Assembly: GCA_029933995.1 (NCBI GenBank)
Contig: JAOZNB010000001.1
Span: 1 to 32,328, forward strand
DNA length: 32,328 bases
Direction: 5' to 3'
From: Candidatus Moraniibacteriota bacterium
GTDB taxonomy: Bacteria; Patescibacteriota; Minisyncoccia; Moranbacterales; GCA-2747515
A model generated the notes under the pieces. The model did not search any database. It worked only from the letters and a program-made list of their open reading frames with translations, and was not told the DNA's origin. Of the stretch, positions 1 to 6,248 are shown piece after piece. Each line of letters opens with the position of its first letter. Positions within the stretch are counted from its first letter, which is position 1. Made by a program: the position numbers and the translations under genes.

Positions 1-1
1 A

Positions 2-82
2 ACCTTAATTGATGGCGATGGCACATTTGCAAAATTGCTAAAAGAAAATGGTATTGAAGTGTCAACTGAAGAAAATATTTAA
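2..82 (+). CDS. C-terminal fragment of an upstream gene (..TLIDGDGTFAKLLKENGIEVSTEENI*), product unknown
   Basis: An open frame enters from the left edge and stops at TAA 80-82. A strong hairpin follows 8 nt later. The fragment is too short to identify. Confidence 0.3.
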   Translation, partial: TLIDGDGTFAKLLKENGIEVSTEENI

Positions 83-90
83 TTAGTGGA

Positions 91-119
91 GTAGGGACAG
101 GTTTGAAACCTGTCCCTAC
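91..119 (+). terminator. Perfect 14-bp stem-loop GTAGGGACAGGTTT-g-AAACCTGTCCCTAC, a probable terminator or REP-like hairpin
   Basis: Inverted repeat read directly. It lies just after a stop codon. No clean T-run follows, so terminator function is uncertain. Confidence 0.4.
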
Positions 120-154
120 ATTGAAATTTAAAATTTAAATGATTTGTAGAAATA

Positions 155-568
155 ATGGAAATAAAATTAGCTAGTGGAAAATATACCAAGCAAATTATTA
201 ATTTTTTTGATAATAATTTAGATAAAGATAATAAAGCAGCACACTCAAGAGAATTTTTTTGTCCATTTGGTTTGAGGGCTGCCATAAAGAAGAGTTGGGT
301 TATTATTGGTATAGATAAAAATGAGATAATATCAGCAGTTAGGTTTTATCCTCGAAAAACTGATGGGATAGTTTCGGTCTATCAGTTTGCAGTAGACGAG
401 AAATATAGAGGAAATAAATTAGTGCAAAAAATGTTGAGTGTGACAGGACATGAACAGTTTGAATTTAAGTGCCCAAAGGATATTGAGTTTAATAATTACT
501 ATGATAAAATAGGAGCGAGCATTGTTAAATATGACGATGAATCTAATTATTGGGTTTTAATAATTTAA
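155..568 (+). CDS. GNAT-family N-acetyltransferase (putative)
   Basis: 137 aa. It has a motif-A-like segment (QFAVDEKYRGNKLVQKML) and a C-terminal NNYYDKIGA, typical of the GNAT fold. Confidence 0.5.
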   Translation: MEIKLASGKYTKQIINFFDNNLDKDNKAAHSREFFCPFGLRAAIKKSWVIIGIDKNEIISAVRFYPRKTDGIVSVYQFAVDEKYRGNKLVQKMLSVTGHEQFEFKCPKDIEFNNYYDKIGASIVKYDDESNYWVLII

Positions 569-572
569 GAAT

Positions 573-1175
573 ATGATAAAGGCTGTAATTTTTGATTGGG
601 GAGGAGTTTTAATAGATGAAACTTTGGGGAAGATGGATAAGTATTGTGCAGGTATTTTGGGCGTGAAGGTTGAGAATTATAACGTTGCACGTCAAAAAGA
701 TTTTGATGATTTTGCTCGTGGTGATATTACAGAAGATGAATTTTGGCAAATGGTGTGTGGTGAATTGGATATTGATATGCCGAGTATAGAATCATTGTGG
801 GGTGATGCTGTAGAGGAGGTTTTTAATGAGAGGCTGGAAATGTTTGAGTTAATGGAAGAATTAAAAAGAAAAGGTTATAAGATAGGATTTCTTTCAAATA
901 CTGAAATGCCAGCAGTAGAATATTGGAAAAGAAATAATTATGAAAAATATTTTGATGAGGCTATTTTTTCATGTGTAGAACATATTGCAAAACCTGATAG
1001 AGAAATTTATCAAATGATTTGTAATAGAATGGATGTTTTGCCTGAGGAGAGTGTATTTATTGATGATAAATATGAATTTGTAGAAGGTGCAAGAGAAATC
1101 GGAATGAAGGGTGTTGTTTTTGAAGATGTACAACAAGTAAAAAAAGAATTGGATATTTTATTGAATAAGGGTTAA
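573..1175 (+). CDS. HAD-superfamily hydrolase (subfamily IA-like phosphatase)
   Basis: N-terminal motif I is VIFDWGGVLID. LSNT matches motif II, and FIDD near the C-terminus matches motif IV. Confidence 0.8.
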   Translation: MIKAVIFDWGGVLIDETLGKMDKYCAGILGVKVENYNVARQKDFDDFARGDITEDEFWQMVCGELDIDMPSIESLWGDAVEEVFNERLEMFELMEELKRKGYKIGFLSNTEMPAVEYWKRNNYEKYFDEAIFSCVEHIAKPDREIYQMICNRMDVLPEESVFIDDKYEFVEGAREIGMKGVVFEDVQQVKKELDILLNKG

Positions 1176-1185
1176 TATATAATAT

Positions 1186-1440
1186 ATGAATGAGATACAA
1201 GAAAAAATAGAAACAATTGAGGAGCGTAACAAACGTGTGGAGTTGGATAAGGCATGGGAAACAAGTTTCGTGCGTCGTGGATTTATTGCATGTGTCACAT
1301 ACCTTATTGCTATGTGGTTTATGTGGTCAATTGGTGTAGATGATGCATATTTGAATGCACTCGTGCCGACTGGCGGTTATCTTTTGTCTACACTATCCTT
1401 GCCTTTTATTAAAAATTTATGGATCAAAAATAAACGATAA
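1186..1440 (+). CDS. Small membrane protein, unknown function
   Basis: 84 aa with a charged N-terminal helix followed by two hydrophobic segments. It is packed 10 nt after the HAD gene. Confidence 0.55.
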   Translation: MNEIQEKIETIEERNKRVELDKAWETSFVRRGFIACVTYLIAMWFMWSIGVDDAYLNALVPTGGYLLSTLSLPFIKNLWIKNKR

Positions 1441-1477
1441 TTACAACGCGTTCCTGTGAAAGTGATAATATATATTT

Positions 1478-1903
1478 ATGCAAAAAGTTAAAGTTAAAAA
1501 AGCTGCAAAACAAACATTAGGTGCAATCAAGATGTCATTTCCGACGTTGGTTGGTATTTTGTTGTTGACTAGTTTTATAATTACTGTGGTACCTGATGAT
1601 ATGTATACCAGGTTTTTTATTGGAAATAATATTGTTGATGCATTTTTAGGAGCTACTGTAGGAAGTATTGCTGCTGGTAATCCTATGACTAGTTATGTTA
1701 TAGGTGGTGAGCTTTTGGGTAATGGTGTAAGCATGATTGCTGTTACGGCGTTTATTTTGACTTGGGTTACAGTTGGTACGGTACAAATTCCTGCTGAAAT
1801 TGTTATGCTAGGTAAACGGTTCACGTGGACACGTAATATTGCTAGTTTTGTGAGTGCAATTATTATTGCTTTTTTAACTGTTATTACTCTTAATTTATTA
1901 TGA
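1478..1903 (+). CDS. Predicted permease, first half (ArsP/DUF318-like, split)
   Basis: 141 aa and polytopic. It has a Gly-rich membrane segment, GSIAAGNPMTSYVIGGELLGNG. Its stop overlaps the next start (ATGA at 1900-1903). Confidence 0.6.
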   Translation: MQKVKVKKAAKQTLGAIKMSFPTLVGILLLTSFIITVVPDDMYTRFFIGNNIVDAFLGATVGSIAAGNPMTSYVIGGELLGNGVSMIAVTAFILTWVTVGTVQIPAEIVMLGKRFTWTRNIASFVSAIIIAFLTVITLNLL

Positions 1904-2430
1904 TTCGTGCATTAATACATAATGTAGAAGGGAAATGGTGGTTACTTATTTTTGTAGCATGTCTTTATGGTGGACTTGCTATTATAAATATGACATTATT
2001 TCAGGAATCAGTAACATTTTTTTGGCAAACATTTACACAAATATTACCAACAGTAATTATTGTTTTTGGTTTAATGTTCATATTTAATATATTTATTACA
2101 ACTAACATGTTGGTTGTGCATCTAGGTCATAGTAAAAAGATTCGTGGGTGGGTTATTGCAATTGTTAGTGGTATTATATCGTCAGGTCCGATTTATATGT
2201 GGTTTCCGCTTCTTTCAGATTTAAAAGAAAAAGGTGTGAGAGATTCTTTTTTGGCTGCATTTTTATATAGCAGATCTATCAAGGTGCCACTTTTGCCTAT
2301 GATGATATATTATTTTGGATTTGCTTTTACAGTTGTAGTAAGTATTTACATTATTATTTTTTCTGTTATCAATGGTCTCGTAGTGAGGTATTTTATGAAA
2401 AATAGTCAAAAGGAGGTGAATAAAGTATGA
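1900..2430 (+). CDS. Predicted permease, second half
   Basis: 176 aa and polytopic. It is translationally coupled on both sides by ATGA overlaps. Confidence 0.6.
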   Translation: MIRALIHNVEGKWWLLIFVACLYGGLAIINMTLFQESVTFFWQTFTQILPTVIIVFGLMFIFNIFITTNMLVVHLGHSKKIRGWVIAIVSGIISSGPIYMWFPLLSDLKEKGVRDSFLAAFLYSRSIKVPLLPMMIYYFGFAFTVVVSIYIIIFSVINGLVVRYFMKNSQKEVNKV

Positions 2431-2741
2431 AAATTGCAATTGGAGCAATGGATGAAAAGATAGAATCTAATGTTGCAGAACAGGCAGGGAGAGCACCTTT
2501 TTATTTAATTTTTGATGAAACAGGTGATTTGGTAGAAATTCTTAAAAACCCATTTAGTAGAGGTGGCGGTGGAGCTGGACCAGGAGTTGCTAAAATGCTT
2601 GCAGACAAGTCAGTAGAAACTGTTGTTATCGGAAAATGTGGTGAAAAGATGATTGATGCATTGAATGGACGAAATATTACTTTTATTGAAAAAGAGGGTA
2701 TTGTACAAGATGTAATGCAGGACATTATATCCTCAAAATAA
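2427..2741 (+). CDS. NifB/NifX-family (dinitrogenase Fe-Mo cofactor biosynthesis domain) small protein
   Basis: 104 aa. The layout is KIAI..(H)AGRAPFYLIFD....GGGGAG..VAKML....V..VI....G.KM...L, typical of the PF02579 family. A strong SD (AAAGGAGGTG) lies upstream. Confidence 0.7.
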   Translation: MKIAIGAMDEKIESNVAEQAGRAPFYLIFDETGDLVEILKNPFSRGGGGAGPGVAKMLADKSVETVVIGKCGEKMIDALNGRNITFIEKEGIVQDVMQDIISSK

Positions 2742-2767
2742 CATAATTTGGAAGAATTATCACAGAA

Positions 2768-2797
2768 GTCATAAATTAACTAATTTATGACTTTTTT
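2768..2797 (+). terminator. Intrinsic terminator after the permease/NifX-like operon
   Basis: GTCATAAATTA..TAATTTATGAC stem followed by TTTTTT. Confidence 0.7.
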
Positions 2798-2846
2798 GAT
2801 GCAAAAAATGCTCAAAAAGCACATAAATACAGGCAATACCATACTA

Positions 2847-2875
2847 TTGACAAGATGTAAATATTGTGCTATAGT
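2847..2875 (+). promoter_or_regulatory. Sigma70-type promoter for the large surface-protein gene
   Basis: TTGACA (2847-2852), a 17-nt spacer, then TATAGT (2870-2875). Confidence 0.6.
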
Positions 2876-2909
2876 AATTAGTTAATTAATTATTATAAAT
2901 TATATTTAT

Positions 2910-4739
2910 ATGAAAATTTTTATTTTAGCATCTGCTATTATAGTTGCAAGTTTTGGGATAACAACTGATTCTTTTGCAGCAACTTATAATGTTAGTCCAG
3001 GTGTAGCAGGAAGTCTTTGTTCAGGTAATTATGCGGGTCGTAATTGTAAACCAAATACGGCGATGAATGTAAATATTTCACATGCTGGACAATATACAGT
3101 GTCAGTGCGTGTTGAACGTGGTAATAATATAGGTTTGTATGAGTGTCAGGGGAGGGAGAGTTTCTATATGGATATTAATGGTCAGAGAACCCCTGTTGTA
3201 AGAGATCCTGATGCATGTGAATGGTCTGGTACAGTAAAAACACAACAAGTTTCTGGACAATATTCATTAAAACAAGGTAATAATGTAATTCAATTATTTC
3301 ATGCACATGTAGGCGAACGTAATATTGGTATTGAAAGCATGAGTGTTGAAATGATTAGTTTTGTTTCAGTTGCTCTGCCATCAGTAAATGGTGCGTGCGG
3401 TAGTGCAGTTGATGGAACGTTTGATGTAGCGCCAACATCGGGATTGTGTGAAAGAGGAACTTTTTTTGGAATGAGTGCTACAAATACTACATGGAATTGG
3501 TCTTGTAATGGTATAAATGGTGGTTCACCTGCACCGTGTAGTGCAAATATCACAGATGCTCCAATATGTGGAGATTCAAATGAAGAAGTATTTGATACAA
3601 TTCCAACATCAGAATTTTGTTTAATAGGTAACGAATCAAATATAAGTGGAGGTGGTCCATGGAATTGGATATGTACAAATGGTGTACGTACTGTGCCGTG
3701 TAGTGCAGATATTACACCAGAACCAGAGTGTGGAGATTCAAATGATCAAGTATTTAGTGCTGTGCCAACATCAGAGCTTTGTTCTGTGGGATTTGCATCT
3801 GAGGTAGATGGAGCAGATATGTGGAGTTGGACATGTACAAATGGTGTGCGAACTAGGGATTGTAGCGCTACATATGCACAAGCCGCTATTCAAATTATAA
3901 AAACAAATGGAACAGATAATGGTGATTCACAAACAATGGAAACAGGTGAGGATGCATCATTTACAATTACTGTACGTAATGTTGGTGAAGAAATTCTTTC
4001 AGATATTACAGTGACTGATGAAGAGGCTTCACAATGTGGACGTAGCGCAAGTCAAACAGAGGCACTATTTGAAGGTTCACTTTTTGATGCTGGTGAGAGT
4101 TTTACGTATACATGTGTTGATACAAATGTAACAAGTTCGTATACAAATATTGCAGGTGTTGTTGCTAATGCTACTACAAGCTCTATTACAGTTACTGACC
4201 GAGATCCTAGTGATGTTGTTGTAAGTGATCCAGAAGAACCTGTAACACCAGACCCAACACCAGAACCTGAAGAAGAAGAGGAAGAAGATGATGATGGTGC
4301 AATTGGTAATTTTGTATGGCATGATAGAAATAAAGATGGTGTACAAGATCCAGGTGAAGAAGGCATCACTGGTGTAAAGATTAAACTTTATAATGGTAAT
4401 GATGTGGAAACAGATCGAACAAACTCTCGAGGTCGTTATAAGTTTAAAGAGCTTGACCCAGGACAATATAGAATTGTTGTTGCTGAAGAAACATTACCTG
4501 AGGGCTGTTATCAAACGTATGACAAAGATGGTACATTAGACAATAAAATAAAAACACGTATTACTGGAGATGAATATTATCGTAAAGCAGATTTTGGATA
4601 TTATTGTCCAGGTGATGCTCCTGTTACAAAGACTTCACCACAAACTGGTGCTGGTACAACTGCAGGCATGGTATCATTCATCGCTGCTGCACTGTCAGCT
4701 GGATTTGTCTATAGACGTAATACAAAACAAAATGCATAA
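2910..4739 (+). CDS. Multidomain cell-surface protein. Order: signal peptide, CBM-like beta-sandwich, 3 Cys-containing repeats, DUF11-like domain, acidic P/T/E linker, SdrD-B (Cna-B type) domain, SPQTG sorting signal
   Basis: Signal peptide ends ..TDSFA/ATY. The SdrD-B motif is GNFVWHDRNKDGVQDPGEEGITGVKIKLYN...RTNSRGRYKFKELDPGQYRIVV. The C-terminus is SPQTG plus a hydrophobic stretch plus YRRNTKQNA. Confidence 0.85.
   Translation: MKIFILASAIIVASFGITTDSFAATYNVSPGVAGSLCSGNYAGRNCKPNTAMNVNISHAGQYTVSVRVERGNNIGLYECQGRESFYMDINGQRTPVVRDPDACEWSGTVKTQQVSGQYSLKQGNNVIQLFHAHVGERNIGIESMSVEMISFVSVALPSVNGACGSAVDGTFDVAPTSGLCERGTFFGMSATNTTWNWSCNGINGGSPAPCSANITDAPICGDSNEEVFDTIPTSEFCLIGNESNISGGGPWNWICTNGVRTVPCSADITPEPECGDSNDQVFSAVPTSELCSVGFASEVDGADMWSWTCTNGVRTRDCSATYAQAAIQIIKTNGTDNGDSQTMETGEDASFTITVRNVGEEILSDITVTDEEASQCGRSASQTEALFEGSLFDAGESFTYTCVDTNVTSSYTNIAGVVANATTSSITVTDRDPSDVVVSDPEEPVTPDPTPEPEEEEEEDDDGAIGNFVWHDRNKDGVQDPGEEGITGVKIKLYNGNDVETDRTNSRGRYKFKELDPGQYRIVVAEETLPEGCYQTYDKDGTLDNKIKTRITGDEYYRKADFGYYCPGDAPVTKTSPQTGAGTTAGMVSFIAAALSAGFVYRRNTKQNA
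3393..3872 (+). repeat. Three tandem coding repeats of about 50-55 aa (CG..(V)F...PTS.(L)C..G.......W.W.C.NG....(P)CSA.IT)
   Basis: These are aa 162-213, 219-267 and 273-321 of the 609-aa protein, aligned by eye. The Cys, Trp and PTS positions are conserved. Confidence 0.75.
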
Positions 4740-4768
4740 AGTAATTATTTTGTAATAATACTTTTGGG

Positions 4769-4799
4769 AAAACCCACAATTCTGTGGGTTTTTCTTTTT
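4769..4799 (+). terminator. Intrinsic terminator
   Basis: AAACCCACA-attc-TGTGGGTTT followed by a T-rich run (TTCTTTTT). Confidence 0.8.
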
Positions 4800-4814
4800 G
4801 AGAAAATTAAGAAG

Positions 4815-4899
4815 CTTAAATTCTAACTCAAATCTTAATCAAATTTTTTTTAAGCTCTGTTATTTCGTAAAATAGATTTTTTTGGTAGGGACAGTGTCA
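4815..4899 (+). repeat. Intergenic repeat, copy A (partner at 32244-32328)
   Basis: In an ungapped hand alignment, 81 of 85 positions are identical and the last 55 nt are identical. It contains GGACAG-N10-CTGTCC (4889-4910) and the palindrome CAGTGtCACTG (4892-4902). Confidence 0.85.
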
Positions 4900-4965
4900 C
4901 TGATCTGTCCGTTCGGTATAAAAAATCATTTGTATGGAATCTAAACTTTAATGTCACAATATAGA

Positions 4966-5028
4966 TTCCGGACAGATTTATTTGTTTATCATCGCTAAAC
5001 GCTCTGATACAAATAATATCTTCCGGAA
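4966..5028 (+). other. Long imperfect hairpin (about 19 bp of stem with two bulges, structured loop) in the 454-bp intergenic region
   Basis: TTCCGGAcAGATTTATTTGT ... ACAAATAAtATCTTCCGGAA, paired by hand. The loop contains a further ATCA/TGAT helix. Confidence 0.5.
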
Positions 5029-5087
5029 TGACAGGATCTTATATTTATTTGTAATTAAAATTGGGAGTAGAATGTAGTAAGTTGGTA

Positions 5088-5116
5088 TTGACAATTTGTT
5101 ATATAAATGCTATATT
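5088..5116 (+). promoter_or_regulatory. Sigma70-type promoter for the 178-aa surface-protein gene
   Basis: TTGACA (5088-5093), a 17-nt spacer, then TATATT (5111-5116). The predicted 5' UTR carries the hairpin CACGTGTGAT..ATCACAAGTG (5131-5159). Confidence 0.55.
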
Positions 5117-5193
5117 TCTATATTACCTTACACGTGTGATTTGTTAAATATCACAAGTGTTAGATATAATTTATTCGTTTAAGTGTATAATTT

Positions 5194-5730
5194 ATGAGGA
5201 AAATGCAAATAGCTATTGTGGCGCTTGGAGCTATACTTGTTCTAGGAATTGCGGTAAATACATATGCTGCAGCAATTGGTAATACGGTTTGGAATGATTG
5301 TAATGCAAATGGTGTACAAGATGTAGATGAGGAGGGTATTTCTGGTGTAAAGATCAAGCTTTATAATGGAGATAATAAATATACAGATGTGACTAATTCA
5401 CAAGGCCGTTATAAGTTTAAGGACTTGGGTGAGGGTCATTATAAATTGATTGTTGCACAAGAAACTTTACCTGAAGGATGTTATAATACACATGACCGTG
5501 ATGGTAATAATGATGGTATATATGGTGGAAGATATTTAAGTGAAGATGATTATTTTACACATGCTGATTTTGGATATCATTGTCCAACAGTTAAATATGT
5601 TGCAATAGGACACATTTCTCCAGCAACGGGACCAAATACTGCAATGGCAATTATTGCAATTGCGGTGGCAGTAGGAGTAATGATGTTTATTTACAAAAGA
5701 CAAGGCAAAAAGAATGCTTTAAAAAAATAG
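5194..5730 (+). CDS. Small cell-surface protein: signal peptide, one SdrD-B (Cna-B type) domain, SPATG sorting signal
   Basis: It is a paralogue of the C-terminal third of the 609-aa protein (GNTVWNDCNANGVQDVDEEGISGVKIKLYN..SQGRYKFKDLGEGHYKLIV..LPEGCY..ADFGYHCP). The C-terminus is SPATG plus a TM segment plus YKRQGKKNALKK. The start could instead be ATG 5203. Confidence 0.85.
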   Translation: MRKMQIAIVALGAILVLGIAVNTYAAAIGNTVWNDCNANGVQDVDEEGISGVKIKLYNGDNKYTDVTNSQGRYKFKDLGEGHYKLIVAQETLPEGCYNTHDRDGNNDGIYGGRYLSEDDYFTHADFGYHCPTVKYVAIGHISPATGPNTAMAIIAIAVAVGVMMFIYKRQGKKNALKK

Positions 5731-5751
5731 TGTTGAGCACATTATCAATAA

Positions 5752-5779
5752 AAAACCTATACAATCGTGTAGGTTTTTT
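5752..5779 (+). terminator. Intrinsic terminator
   Basis: AACCTATAC-aatc-GTGTAGGTT followed by TTTTT. Confidence 0.75.
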
Positions 5780-5833
5780 ATTTAGATATTTTTAGTGTAT
5801 AATAGTTAAGTATGTGAGCTCATTGAAATTATT

Positions 5834-6182
5834 GGAAGATTGTTAGATGGCAGCTCTTAGAGTTTTTAATTCTGGAGAGGAAAGTCCGGACACTGATTTC
5901 ATCTTCGGGTGAAAAAAACGGTAGCGGGTAATTCCCGTCTAGAGCAATCTACGAGGTGCGAGCAGAGACGTGTTTTAACCGCAAGGTAAACAGTTCTTGA
6001 TTTATTTAAGAATAGCTTCATAGTGATATGGAGGTGAAACGGCTAAATCCTTACTGAAGTGCAAGACCGTATCCTATCTTTTGATAGGATGAGTCGCAAA
6101 GATTTGCATGGTAACATGTAAACAAGATAGATTGTCATCTTAGAATTTATTCTAACAGAATCCGGCTTATCAACCATCTTCC
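5834..6182 (+). ncRNA. rnpB: RNase P RNA (bacterial type)
   Basis: GAGAGGAAAGTCCGGACAC (CR-I) at about 5874-5892. ACAGAATCCGGCTTATC (CR-V) at about 6155-6171. P1 pairs GGAAGATTGTT (5834-) with AACCATCTTCC (-6182). A TATAAT box sits at 5798-5803 upstream. Confidence 0.9.
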
Positions 6183-6248
6183 AATAATATCTGTGAGTAA
6201 GTAGCTTAAATGAAGGCAGAGACATAATTACAATTTGAAATATTTTTT

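Noticed and set aside
2427-2741. The NifX-like gene could indicate nitrogen fixation.
   Set aside because: No nifHDK/ENB genes are nearby. This small domain family is widespread in organisms that do not fix nitrogen.
4052-4466. Antisense ORFs of 105 and 129 aa inside the surface-protein gene. Similar shadow ORFs occur at 2501-2725, 21592-21936, 27231-27946 and 30422-30709, and an alternate-frame ORF occurs at 8129-8461.
   Set aside because: Their sequences are low-complexity or compositionally odd and lie fully within well-supported CDSs. They have no independent start signals.
4815-4899. The repeat pair could be a DGR template/variable region.
   Set aside because: Both copies are intergenic and no reverse transcriptase is in the window. 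Only two of the four mismatches fall at adenines of one copy, so the pattern is not adenine-specific.
6043-6225. 60-aa minus-strand ORF from the track.
   Set aside because: It lies inside the RNase P RNA gene. It is a chance ORF.
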